NCBI GenBank assembly: GCA_046292385.1
Contig: JBKBRF010000008.1
Coordinates: forward strand, 64,001 to 128,000
Length of the DNA stretch: 64,000 nt
Direction of reading: 5' to 3'
DNA from: Armatimonadota bacterium
Lineage (GTDB): Bacteria; Armatimonadota; SYMT01
The notes under the pieces are model-generated. The model worked only from the letters and a program-made list of their open reading frames with translations, did no database searches and was not told the origin of the DNA. The position numbers were made by a program, and so were the translations under genes. The stretch's first letter is position 1; every line of letters begins with the position of its first letter. Positions 29,408 to 39,112 of the stretch are shown in pieces.

Positions 29408-30208
29408 CTAGGCGTCAGTAGACGCGCCCCAGTGGTGGTAGACGAGCCGGGCGATATGCCGGATGCCGTTCTCCGCCAGCGCCGGCTCCGCAATCCCACT
29501 CGTCAGCACCGCCAGCACCAGCGGGCCGGCGGGGCTGTAGATAATCCCGATGTCGTGGCAGATCCCGGTGATGCTCCCGGTCTTGTTGGCTACCGGCGTG
29601 TCCGGCGGCAGCAGGCGGGGGATGCGGCCGTCGAACTGCTGCCGGCGCATGATCGACAGCATCTTCTCGCACGCGCTCGCGCTCACCACCTCCCGCCGCT
29701 CGATCCGGGTCAACAGCTCCGCCATCTCCCTCGCGGTGGCCCAGTTCTCGAGGCCCCGCTCCCGCGCTTCGAAATCGAAGAACTTGCGCCCCATGCAGGT
29801 CTGTGTCAGCCCCAGGCTGCGCATCCGCTGGTTCACGCGGTCCAGGCCCAGAATGCCGAGCAGCATGTTGGAGGCGGTGTTGTCGCTGACGCAGATCATC
29901 AGGTGGGCCAGGTCCTCCAGCGTCAGCTCCATCCCGGGGTGGAGCATACTCAGGACCCCGCTTCCCGGGACCTTTTCCGCGTCGGCCAGACTTCGCCGCT
30001 CGTCCAGCCGCACCTCCCCCGCCTCGGCCTGTGCCAGCAGCTCCACCAGGATCGCCACCTTGATGATGCTCGCCGCGAAGAGCCGCTCATCCGCCCGCAG
30101 GTCCAGCGCTTCCCCCCGGCGGAGGTCTCGCGCCGAGACCGAGACGATCCCCCCGATCTCCGCCGCTACCTCCTCGATCCCACGTGCTAACCGTTCACTG
30201 GTCGTCAT
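29408..30208 (-). CDS. Class A beta-lactamase-like serine hydrolase (no signal peptide)
   Basis: SIIK (SxxK), SDN and KTG motifs. Confidence 0.9.
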   Translation of the reverse strand: MTTSERLARGIEEVAAEIGGIVSVSARDLRRGEALDLRADERLFAASIIKVAILVELLAQAEAGEVRLDERRSLADAEKVPGSGVLSMLHPGMELTLEDLAHLMICVSDNTASNMLLGILGLDRVNQRMRSLGLTQTCMGRKFFDFEARERGLENWATAREMAELLTRIERREVVSASACEKMLSIMRRQQFDGRIPRLLPPDTPVANKTGSITGICHDIGIIYSPAGPLVLAVLTSGIAEPALAENGIRHIARLVYHHWGASTDA

Positions 30209-30492
30209 GTATACCCAGCCAGGCCCTCGTTTTGTAACCAGCCGCTCGCCTCTGTGGGACCCCGTATCATGGATTACCCGGGAACGGCCCTGGCGCGTAC
30301 TAAAGAATGATGCAGACCCCGGGGAGCGACCGAGGTTCCCGTGCCGACGATTCGGTCCGCGCGAGACGGCGTACAGAGTAAATACCTTCCGGAGCGGGCA
30401 TGTGCCTCTGCCGGAGTCGGATTGACCCGAAAAAACCAAAGAGGGAGCGCGAGGCTCCCTCCAGTCCGGTCTGCTCCTGGTGGAGCGGCAGG

Positions 30493-31020
30493 CTACTGCG
30501 ACTCGTCGGGCCGCATCTGCTCCAACTGGTGTTTGTCTCGCTCCACCGACTCCGTCAGACGGTGGAGGGACTGGACGACGTTGTCCATCACCTGTCCGGC
30601 GTAGGTGTAGGAATTCTCCCGGATCTCGCGCGCGGTATCCTGGGCGCGGGAGAGGGTCGCCTCCGCCTGCTCCAGCGCGCGCTGGCGGATGGCGCTTGCC
30701 TCCACCAGCCGGTCGGCCTCTTCGCGCGCGGCGGTGACGAGCTGGTCCGACTCGGCTCGCGCCTCGTCCAGCAGCCGGCGCGCTTCCTCCTTCGCGTCTT
30801 CGATGATCCGCTGCTCTTCCCGCGTGATGCGGCGGGCGCGGCGGATCTCCTTCGGGAGGAGCGCGACGATGTGCTCGATGCGCGACTCCAGCTCCTCCAG
30901 GTCGATGAAGATCCGGTGGTTCAGGACACTGGGGCCCTGCGTGACGAACTCGCGCAGGCTCTCCAGCTCGGCTTCGAGGTCGACTTCGGTTCGCGGGAGA
31001 GCTTCGGTGGCTTCTTCCAT
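30493..31020 (-). CDS. Coiled-coil protein (DivIVA/SepIVA-like, often annotated ATPase subunit-like)
   Basis: LPKEIRRARRITREEQRIIEDAKEEARR... charged heptads. Confidence 0.75.
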   Translation of the reverse strand: MEEATEALPRTEVDLEAELESLREFVTQGPSVLNHRIFIDLEELESRIEHIVALLPKEIRRARRITREEQRIIEDAKEEARRLLDEARAESDQLVTAAREEADRLVEASAIRQRALEQAEATLSRAQDTAREIRENSYTYAGQVMDNVVQSLHRLTESVERDKHQLEQMRPDESQ

Positions 31021-31458
31021 GGAAGGTCCTGAAATGGGGATGCCGAGCGAGGAGGTAGGCTCCGGCCCGATTCCGGACGGCGCCGGCCCCGTGCCTGTTC
31101 TGCGTCGACGGCTGCGAGCCACGGGCATTCCTCCGGCACCGGCCCCCGCCTGCCCCGTCGGGCGCTGGTGCGGCGCGGCCGTGCGGCTCCGCGATCGGTT
31201 GCATCTCCACCCGGCGCCGGGCTTCGATGCGTGGAGATTAGAGGTCGGTAGACGGGGCTCCCGCCGGCTCCGTCACCGGTCCGGGTTAGTATAAGGTTGC
31301 TTGTTTGGCACCGTCAAGTTGGAGAGCCCCCGCTCCCCTCCGCCTTTGGTAGGTGCGGTCTTCCCCCGAGAGTGTGCACCCGGCGAGCCGGGGTCTGTTT
31401 TGCCCGCTGGCGGACCGGGCAGCATGAAGCCGGGGAAGTGCACCCCGGAGGAGGACCG

Positions 31459-31938
31459 ATGCAGGGAACGGATAGCGAACTGAAACAACGGATCGAGCAG
31501 CTTCTGGAGGGGACGTCGCGGGTGGACCACCGCGAGGTAGAGGTCTCGGTGCGGGACTCCGTCGTCACCCTGCGGGGTCAGGTCGACAGCGCCATCGAGA
31601 AGCGGTACGCGCGCGAAGTGGCGGAAGAGACGCCCGGGGTCCGGCGGGTGGTCGACGAGATGACGGTAAAGAACTTCGTCAAGCGCTCCAACGCGGAGCT
31701 GGCGGAGGCGGTGCGGCACGCGCTGGCGCGAGACGCTTACGCGCAGAACGGAAAGATCGAAGTCTACGCCAACCACGGCGAGATCCGGCTGGACGGCAGC
31801 GTGCCGGACTACCACACCCGAAAGGCGGCCGGCGACGTGGCGTGGTGGACGCCCGGCGTCATCAACGTCGAGAACCTGCTGTTGGTGACGGAAGAGGAGT
31901 TCGTCGACGTCTCCCCGCTCGAGGTGCCGAACGCGTAG
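31459..31938 (+). CDS. Tandem BON-domain protein
   Basis: VEVSVRDSVVTLRGQV...PGVRRVVDEM and GEIRLDGSV...TPGVINVENLL. GGAGGAGG RBS. Confidence 0.92.
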   Translation: MQGTDSELKQRIEQLLEGTSRVDHREVEVSVRDSVVTLRGQVDSAIEKRYAREVAEETPGVRRVVDEMTVKNFVKRSNAELAEAVRHALARDAYAQNGKIEVYANHGEIRLDGSVPDYHTRKAAGDVAWWTPGVINVENLLLVTEEEFVDVSPLEVPNA

Positions 31939-31942
31939 GGGG

Positions 31943-32109
31943 CGTATCTCGTATCGCGTATTCCGTATTGCGTAGCGGCGCGCCGGTCCCGCTTTACCTG
32001 ACATCGTGCCGGGCGAAGCGCTGCCAACTCCCTCTCGCCCGGCACGATCTTGCGGTCGAGCGGTAGAGGCGACTCGCTACGCAATACGCAATACGAGATA
32101 CGGAATACG
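31943..32109. repeat. ~165-bp hairpin element with (CGTATTS)n arms
   Basis: Outer arms CGTATCTCGTATCGCGTATTCCGTATTGCGTAGCG / CGCTACGCAATACGCAATACGAGATACGGAATACG. Inner perfect 14-bp stem ATCGTGCCGGGCGA / TCGCCCGGCACGAT. Confidence 0.85.
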
Positions 32110-32134
32110 ACATCGCGGGCGCGGGAGGAAAGCC

Positions 32135-32953
32135 ATGGCGGAGACGATCGCCTCGACCCAGCTTTACGTCTGGAGCCAGGTGCTGGGCCGTGAGGGAAAG
32201 CGGCTGGAGGAGCACCTGGACGCGGTGCTGGGCGAGGTCAGGGCGGCGGGATTCCCCGCGTTCGAAGGCTATCTCCAGTTCGCCGATACGCCGGAGAGCA
32301 CCGCCCGGCATCGGGAGCTGCTGTCCAAGCACGGCTTGAAGATGCCGAGCGTCTACACCGGCGGCAACCTCTACGACGCGGAGCAGGCGCCGGCGACGGT
32401 TGAGCAGATCGTCCGGCGCGCGCAGCATGCCCGGGCGCTGGGTGTGGCCGGCATAACGATGAACCCGGACGTGATCCGCGGCGGAAAGACCGACCTCCAG
32501 CTCCGCACGCAGGCGGACTGGCTCAACCGGCTGGGCGGAGAGCTGCGGAAGCTCGGGATCGGGCTCTGGATCCACAACCACGACCCCGAGATGGCGATGG
32601 ACGGCCGGGAGGTGCGCTCGAACATGGACCGCACCGATCCGGAGAAAGTCGGCTTCTGCGCGGACACCCACTGGATCTGGCGCGGCGGCGGCGACCCCTA
32701 CGAGTATCTGGAGCGGTACGGCAGGCGCCTCGGCAATCTCCATCTCCGCAACTCCCGCGGCAAGGTCTGGAGCGAGGAGCTGGGCGACGGCGACCTGGAC
32801 CACCGCCGGATCGCCGCCATCCTGAAGGAGCAGCGGTTCCGCGGCCCGCTAATCGTGGAGCTGGCGATCGAGCAGGGCACCCCTCAGACCCGTCCCCTGG
32901 TGGAGAGCCAGCGGATCAGCCGCGCTTACCTGCGGGAAGTGCTCGGCGTCTGA
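32135..32953 (+). CDS. Sugar phosphate isomerase/epimerase (IolE-like TIM barrel)
   Basis: WIHNHDPE, CADTHWIWRGG, LHLRN, GDGDLD, LIVELA. Confidence 0.88.
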   Translation: MAETIASTQLYVWSQVLGREGKRLEEHLDAVLGEVRAAGFPAFEGYLQFADTPESTARHRELLSKHGLKMPSVYTGGNLYDAEQAPATVEQIVRRAQHARALGVAGITMNPDVIRGGKTDLQLRTQADWLNRLGGELRKLGIGLWIHNHDPEMAMDGREVRSNMDRTDPEKVGFCADTHWIWRGGGDPYEYLERYGRRLGNLHLRNSRGKVWSEELGDGDLDHRRIAAILKEQRFRGPLIVELAIEQGTPQTRPLVESQRISRAYLREVLGV

Positions 32954-33422
32954 CCGGCTTTCGCACCGCAGCGCTGCCGCCGCCCGGCGACGAGGCGGGG
33001 CGAGAGGAGGAGCCCCTCCCCCCTCCCATCGCGCCCGGCTCCATATAGCCGAGCTCCCAGAGGTGCCCGTCCGGATCCTCGAAGGCGTGGACGTACATGA
33101 AGCCGTGATCCTGCGCTTCCCGGGGGATCTTCCCGCCCGCCGCTGCGGCCTTCGCGACCGTCTCGTCTACCTGCTCCCGGCTGTCGCAGGAGAGGGCGAC
33201 CAGCACCTCCGTGCAGCGGGTCGCGTCACACAGCTCTTTGGGGGTGAACGTTTTGAAGGCATCCTCGGCGAGCAGGTGGACGAAGGCGTGGTCGTCGATG
33301 ACGATGCACGCCGAATGCTCGCCCGTGAACCTGGGCTCGAAGCTGAACCCCAGGGCGGTGAAGAAGGCGATGGAGCGCTGCACGTCCTTGACCGGCAGGT
33401 TGACGAAGATCTGACGGGGCAT
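32916..33422 (-). CDS. VOC/glyoxalase family protein
   Basis: QIFVNLPVKD, FFTALGF, DHGFMY..AFEDPDGHLWE. A low-complexity tail overlaps the convergent gene. Confidence 0.9.
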   Translation of the reverse strand: MPRQIFVNLPVKDVQRSIAFFTALGFSFEPRFTGEHSACIVIDDHAFVHLLAEDAFKTFTPKELCDATRCTEVLVALSCDSREQVDETVAKAAAAGGKIPREAQDHGFMYVHAFEDPDGHLWELGYMEPGAMGGGRGSSSRPASSPGGGSAAVRKPVRRRALPAGKRG

Positions 33423-33636
33423 TCCTGGGCCTCTCCCTTTCATGGTGCGTGAGTCGGGGTCTGGAGCTGTCGAGGACGAGTGGCTCCGGCGGCTGCAACC
33501 GGCGTCTTAGTCCCCTCTGTGCTGCTCACGCCGAGATTCCTCTAAGGATGCGCAGATTCTGCCGGCGGTTATCGCGCCCGTGACCTTGCAAAAGGGGAGG
33601 GGCCGGTCTGGAGGCGTCTTTGCTTCTCTTCGAGAT

Positions 33637-34247
33637 GCAGCATCGAGCCCGCGACCCGACCCCGCGCCCTTGTGCCGGGAGGCAGCCCTCCCGCGACGCA
33701 GGCCCTCCGCGGCCTTTTCACACTCCGCTGCGCTCCGTTAGCAGGCCGCTGCGGGAGTAGGCTCCGGTAAGCCCATCCCGCGCCAGGAGGCGTAACCCGT
33801 GCCGACAGGGAAGCTCACGGGCTGCCTCCCGACCCTTCGAGCGACCACCCCTGCCACCCAGGGGTGGTCACAACTGGCGCCCTCTGGGCGCCTGCGGTCT
33901 GGGCACGCTCGGCAGCCGACGGGCTACCGCGAGCCGGTCCAGCACGACCGGGCTTCGCGCCCCCGGGCGTGGGGATCTGCGAAGGCCGGAAGCGCTGCCG
34001 GAGGCAGGGCTGGAGGGTTTCACCTGTGACCACCCCTGCGAGGGGTGGTCGCTTGAGCCGCCCGGAGCGGCCCGTGAGTCGCCGCATCGCCACTACCGCA
34101 GGCCACAAACGCGGAGCGCAGCCTACCGAAGTGCACGCCCGGAGCAGTCCGCTAGCGGAGCCGCAGGCGGAGCGTGAAAGGACTGCGGGAGGGCCAAACA
34201 CGCGGGAGGGCCGCTCCGGGTGGGGAGGGCGCGGGGTGGACCCTCGG
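33637..34247 (+). repeat. Large palindromic non-coding element, copy 3
   Basis: Colinear with copy 1. Hairpins GACCACCCCTG/CAGGGGTGGTC (33843-33869) and GACCACCCCT/AGGGGTGGTC (34028-34050). Confidence 0.9.
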
Positions 34248-34647
34248 CGCGATGCTGATCTCGACTAACCAAGCATTCTCCCGCCGCCTGGAGGTTGGGT
34301 GCGGCATCAGCCGCGTGGTGAGTCTGTCGAACGCTTTCTCGTGAATTCGACAGTCTCCCCGACGAGTTTCTCTTGCCAGAAGGAGACGCGCAGCGGGAGT
34401 GCTCGGCGCCTCTCCCGGCACTACGGTCCTGCCACGAGGAAGCGGCCTCTCGCTGCGGAACACGCGATACGCACTACGCCCCCACCCGCCCCGCGGCAGC
34501 ATCCCACGGTTCCGGGCACGGCTCACCACCAAGGACAACCCGCAGCGAACCCGTGATACAAATGGTTCGGCCTGGCGGGCCTGGCTCCGGCGAGAGGAGC
34601 CCCGCCTGCCGACACAGATTTTTCCGCCGGCGGACCGGGAGTCTCCG

Positions 34648-35610
34648 ATGATCGTACCGACAAAGACGCTGTTCGAGCACGCCTACGGCAAGTACGCCCT
34701 GGGCGCCTACAACATCAACAACCTGGAGCAGATCATGGGTCTGTTCCGGGGCAACATCGACTCGAAGGCACCCTTCATCATTCAGCTTTCGAAGGGCGCG
34801 CGGGGCTACACCGACAAGCGGATGCTCGAGGCGATGATCCGCGCGGCGGAAGAGATCTTCCCCGAGGCGGTCTTCGCGGTGCACCTGGACCACGGCGACG
34901 AGAAGACCTGCTACGAGTGCATCGAGAGCGGCTTCTACTCCTCCGTGATGATCGACGCTTCCCACGAGTCGTTCGATGAGAACATCGCCATCACCCGCCG
35001 GGTGGTCGACGCGGCCCACGCCCGCGGCATCTCCGTCGAGGCGGAGCTCGGCATGCTGGGCGGGGTGGAAGAGGACATCGCGGTCGACGAGGCCCACGCG
35101 TGCCTGACCGACCCGGACCAGGCGAAGGAGTTCGTGGAGCGCAGCGGCTGCGACTCGCTCGCGGTGGCGATCGGCACCTCCCACGGCGCCTACAAGTTCT
35201 CCGGCGGCCAGGGCATCCACTTCGACCGCGTGCAGGCGATCCAGCAGGAGCTGCCCGGCTTCCCGTTGGTGATGCACGGCTCCTCCTCCGTGCCGCAGGA
35301 TGAGGTCCAGCGGATCAACGCCGCCGGCGGCAAGCTGAAGGAAGGCGCCAAGGGCGTCGACCCGGCCCAGTACCTCCCCGCGGCGCGCCTCGGCGTCTGC
35401 AAGGTGAACATCGATACGGACGGCCGCCTGGTTTGGAGCCGCGTGCACCGCGAGTACTTCCGGGACAAGCCGGAAGACTTCGACCTCCGCGGCCCCGGCA
35501 AGCTCTTCATGGCGGAGTACGCCAAGTTCATCGCCAGCCGCAACGAGCTCCTCGGCTCGGCCGGAAACCTGGACCAGGTCCGCGAGTTCGTGAAGAGCAA
35601 GCAGGCCTAG
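34648..35610 (+). CDS. fba: Fructose-bisphosphate aldolase class II
   Basis: GAYNINN, VHLDHG, SSVMIDAS, VEAELG, AIGTSHGAYK, VMHGSS, KVNIDTD. Confidence 0.96.
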   Translation: MIVPTKTLFEHAYGKYALGAYNINNLEQIMGLFRGNIDSKAPFIIQLSKGARGYTDKRMLEAMIRAAEEIFPEAVFAVHLDHGDEKTCYECIESGFYSSVMIDASHESFDENIAITRRVVDAAHARGISVEAELGMLGGVEEDIAVDEAHACLTDPDQAKEFVERSGCDSLAVAIGTSHGAYKFSGGQGIHFDRVQAIQQELPGFPLVMHGSSSVPQDEVQRINAAGGKLKEGAKGVDPAQYLPAARLGVCKVNIDTDGRLVWSRVHREYFRDKPEDFDLRGPGKLFMAEYAKFIASRNELLGSAGNLDQVREFVKSKQA

Positions 35611-35861
35611 CTCCCGGCTGCAACGGAGAGACGGAGCGACAGAGGGACGGAGAGAGCCGGGCACACGCGCCGGCTTCTCTCCGTCCTCAGCCTTTCTCAG
35701 CGCTTCGGATGGGAGACCGCGGCGTCCGGGACTCGCTCCCCTCCAGGCGAGGACGTGCCGGAAGCACCGGCGCCAGCGAGCAAGAGCAGGAGTAGGAGCA
35801 GGAGTCTCCGTGTACGAGGGGTTCGGCTTTAGCCTTTAGCCTTCTGCCTTTTGCCTTTCAG

Positions 35862-36647
35862 ATGTGGGTCCTTCTCTACCTCGTCGCCATCATCGCGATC
35901 CTGCTCGTGGGGCAGACGATCATCCTGCGCGCCTTCGGTGAGCCGCTCAAGTGGACCTACGGCGCCACCAGCGAGCAGCCCAAGTCGCTGAAGCTTGCGC
36001 TCAAGGCGCTACTTCAGACCACCCTCATCGGCTCGATCTTCCTCTTCCCCTACCTGGTCGGCCGCACCCCCGGCAGCTTCTACGGTCCCCTCTTCCGCGC
36101 GGACCAGTTCTACCTCTTCCTCTACGGGGAGGGGATCGCGCTCCTGCTGCTCTTCCTGATCTACGGGATCGAGCTGGCCGGCGGCTGGCTGAAGTGGGAG
36201 CCGCGCTGGAGCACGCAGAAGAAGCTCAGCAAGAGCGGCTTCAGCGCGCTCAGCTCCCTCACGGTCGTGGCCGTGGAGGAGCCGTTCTTCCGCGGGATCA
36301 TCCTGCAGACACTGCTGCTGAGCCAGGTGCCGGCCCTCGTGGCGATCCCGGTGAGCGCCGTCGTCTTCTCCCTGGCGCACTTCATCCGGAAAGTCCGCAC
36401 GTACTGGCCGGCAGTCGGGCTCGCGGTGCTGGGGCTCTGGCTCGGCGTGGCCTACTACAAGACCGGCACCCTCTGGCTGCCGATGGGCCTGCACAGCGGC
36501 GGCATCCTCTCCATCGGTGTCCACCGCTGCTTCACGCGCTACGCCGGTCCGGAGTGGCTGATCGGCACGCAGACCTTCCCGATCGCGGGGACGATTGCCA
36601 TCGTGATCATGCTGATCGGCACCGCCGTCACCTACTGGATCTTCTAG
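35862..36647 (+). CDS. CPBP (CAAX/Abi) family intramembrane metalloprotease
   Basis: VEEPFFRG, FSLAH, MGLHSG, multiple TMs. Confidence 0.9.
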   Translation: MWVLLYLVAIIAILLVGQTIILRAFGEPLKWTYGATSEQPKSLKLALKALLQTTLIGSIFLFPYLVGRTPGSFYGPLFRADQFYLFLYGEGIALLLLFLIYGIELAGGWLKWEPRWSTQKKLSKSGFSALSSLTVVAVEEPFFRGIILQTLLLSQVPALVAIPVSAVVFSLAHFIRKVRTYWPAVGLAVLGLWLGVAYYKTGTLWLPMGLHSGGILSIGVHRCFTRYAGPEWLIGTQTFPIAGTIAIVIMLIGTAVTYWIF

Positions 36648-36662
36648 CGGGGGCAGGATCCG

Positions 36663-36816
36663 TCAGGCCGCGAGGCATTGAGCTACCTCGCTCGTCGTCC
36701 TCCGGCCCAGCGTCCTCCGGACGACTGGAACAGGTCCATCTGAGTGCCCGGCGGAGCTCCCCGTTCGGGGGATAAACTTCGTGCCGTGGTTGCCGCGGTT
36801 TCAACCGACCGGAAGG
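36663..36816 (-). repeat. REP-like composite repeat, family R3
   Basis: Reverse complement of 18695-18828, with identical CGGTTGAAACCGCGGCAACCACGGCACGAAGT. Confidence 0.85.
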
Positions 36817-36818
36817 GT

Positions 36819-36840
36819 TGATGTGAATCATTTCACATCA
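36819..36840. promoter_or_regulatory. Palindromic operator, CRP/FNR-type (TGTGA-N6-TCACA), also Rex-like
   Basis: TGATGTGAA-TCAT-TTCACATCA, with TG-n-TACACT (extended -10) at 36878-36886 downstream. Confidence 0.6.
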
Positions 36841-36954
36841 TTTATGCGAGCGGCTGCATCCCAGGCGGACGGCTGAATGCTACACTATCGCTGGCCCCTC
36901 CCGCTGTAGCAGCCGGTCTTTGTCTCGGCCGGCTGCGGGCACCCAGTGAACCTG

Positions 36955-39033
36955 ATGAACAAGCGTTTACGTCTCCGCCCCCGCCCCTCCGTCTCCGCGC
37001 TGCTGCTCTGCTCGCTGGCCCTGGTGCTGGCGATCCTGACCGTTCCGCCGCGTCCGGCGGAGGCGCAGCTCGCCGCCGCCCGGCGCCCCAGCCCCTACTC
37101 CGCCTGGCTGCAGGTAGAGGAGTTCACGGTGACGTACGAGTCGTCGTTCAACGGCTCGTTCAGTATCCCGTGGGACTGGCACGGCTCGGTCCACGACTAC
37201 ACGGTGAACCAGAGCGGCCGGGCGACCGGTAAGATCAAGCGCTTCGGAAACTGGAGCTGGGAAGGGAACCTCAAGTTCGAGGGCACGCACTCCCTGGACG
37301 AGCACTGGTACACTCCGGAGAAGACCCTCGGAAATACCCACGAGCGCGCAGAGGGGAAGGACTACCAGGGCTCCGGGCTGTTCTTCCGCCTGGAGATCAA
37401 CCCGGAAACGGGCCGGTATTCGGTCATCATCTTCGAGACGATGGGCATCAACGGCACCATTGAGTGGGTCGACGAGGATGGCTCCTTTACCCGGGATGAC
37501 CTCTGCTACGTCCTCTGCCCCGGCCCGCAGAATCTCCCGCTGCCCTCTGACCGGCCTCCGCTTAGCTTCTCGGAGAAGATTGCCGTCAATTCGACCACAG
37601 CGGGCATCGCGTGGCGCCTGGCGGATCCCTACTCCCCGGAGATCGACGTCCACTTCACAATTGCCCCGGTGGGCCCCAAGCCGGAGTTCCTGCTCAAGCC
37701 GGTGTCTCCTCGCTGGATGCCGGAGCCGGACGCTGCGATCAAAGCCGCCGTAGTGCCCAAGCGGAAGAACCAGGCGCCCGCGCCGGTGCGGTTCGTGCTG
37801 GAGGAGATCACCCGCGAGCCGGGGACCTGCCTGAACAGCCCGGAGACGGACACCGCTCCGGACCTGGAGTTCGATCCGCTCGGCAGCCCGACCGCCTTCG
37901 ACGAGCCGGAGCTGGTGGGCGAAGCGAGCTACGTGATGCAGACGGAAGATCCGGTGACGGCGGCGACCGCCCTGGTCCGCGCTCGCGACTATGGCGCCTG
38001 GGGCAAGCTGCGTGCGGAGGCCTACGTGGATGGCGGCTGGAAGCCGATCCCGGTGGAAGGCTCCAGGTTGGGATACCTGACGCTGCCGTACGACCGGAAC
38101 GAGAACAAGATCTCCGACCAGTGGGAGAAGAAGAATAAAGCCAAAGGCAAGCCGGCTACCTGGGACGAAGAGACCCAACCCAGGCTCGACGGGGTGCCGG
38201 GAGACGGCCTCTCCCTCTACGAGGAGTACCGCGGCCTGCGTGTGAAGGGGAAGCACACCCGCTTGAGCCCGAAGCTCAAGGAGCTGGTGGTGGAGAACCA
38301 GATCGGGGCCCAGGCCGACCCGGGCATCAAGCTTCTGGGCGCTGCCTCGAAGCTGAAGGTCTACGCAGTCAACACCGGTGAGCTGCCGGTGAGCCGCCAG
38401 GTGAACGCGAACTCGAGCCTCGCTCGTACGCGCGACCAGTACGGCCTGCGCCTCAAGGACGTGCGGCTGGCGGAGGGAACGCTCGGCGGTGCGCTGCCGC
38501 TGGAGAAGACGAACAAGCGGCCGAAGGACTGTACGGAGGTGCAGGTCGACGTCACCCAGATCCTCGCCTCTCCGCCGGGCTACAACGCGCAGGCGGAGTT
38601 GGAGAACACCATCGCGCACGAGCTGGGGCATGGGATCGGGGCGAGCCACCACGGCGAGGCCGGCGCCCCGCTCATCGACCGGTTCCTCACCGATCGCCAC
38701 CAGCCGCCGGCGCACATCGTCTACGGCAGCGACGGCAAGGTGATCCCGGACCGCCCGTTCCGGATCCAGGGGCTGCTCGGCGGCCTCGGCAGCCTCGCCA
38801 GCGGCGATGAGGGCTGCATCATGTGCTACAACAGCTACTACCAGTGGGCGGTTCAGCGCACCGCGCAGGGCGAGTACCGCTACTACGCCCAGCAGTACCG
38901 CCTGCCCGGCCGGCGCTTCTGCACCTCCGCGGCCGGGACCGGGGTGAACGACAAGAAGCACCGCCCCGCGCCCTACTTCGGCAATGCCGAGCGGGGCAAC
39001 TGCCTCGCGCAGCTCGGCCCGAAGGACCGCTAG
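36955..39033 (+). CDS. Large secreted protein with C-terminal zinc-metallopeptidase-like motif
   Basis: Signal peptide ending AEA, IAHELGHGIGASHHG and a downstream CIMCY Met-turn-like motif. Confidence 0.8.
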   Translation: MNKRLRLRPRPSVSALLLCSLALVLAILTVPPRPAEAQLAAARRPSPYSAWLQVEEFTVTYESSFNGSFSIPWDWHGSVHDYTVNQSGRATGKIKRFGNWSWEGNLKFEGTHSLDEHWYTPEKTLGNTHERAEGKDYQGSGLFFRLEINPETGRYSVIIFETMGINGTIEWVDEDGSFTRDDLCYVLCPGPQNLPLPSDRPPLSFSEKIAVNSTTAGIAWRLADPYSPEIDVHFTIAPVGPKPEFLLKPVSPRWMPEPDAAIKAAVVPKRKNQAPAPVRFVLEEITREPGTCLNSPETDTAPDLEFDPLGSPTAFDEPELVGEASYVMQTEDPVTAATALVRARDYGAWGKLRAEAYVDGGWKPIPVEGSRLGYLTLPYDRNENKISDQWEKKNKAKGKPATWDEETQPRLDGVPGDGLSLYEEYRGLRVKGKHTRLSPKLKELVVENQIGAQADPGIKLLGAASKLKVYAVNTGELPVSRQVNANSSLARTRDQYGLRLKDVRLAEGTLGGALPLEKTNKRPKDCTEVQVDVTQILASPPGYNAQAELENTIAHELGHGIGASHHGEAGAPLIDRFLTDRHQPPAHIVYGSDGKVIPDRPFRIQGLLGGLGSLASGDEGCIMCYNSYYQWAVQRTAQGEYRYYAQQYRLPGRRFCTSAAGTGVNDKKHRPAPYFGNAERGNCLAQLGPKDR

Positions 39034-39050
39034 CGGCTCCTGACCTCGTA

Positions 39051-39103
39051 AAGGCCCCGCCTCTCGTCCTGCAGTAGGAGAACTGAGAGGCGGGGTCTTT
39101 CTT
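39051..39103 (+). terminator. Intrinsic terminator-like hairpin between convergent genes
   Basis: AAGGCCCCGCCTCTC ... GAGAGGCGGGGTCTTTCTT. Confidence 0.65.
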
Positions 39104-39112
39104 GTGCTTCCC

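Noticed and set aside
29408..30208. Antibiotic-resistance beta-lactamase
   Set aside because: No signal peptide. The motifs fit the broad class A-like serine hydrolase family, and activity cannot be inferred.
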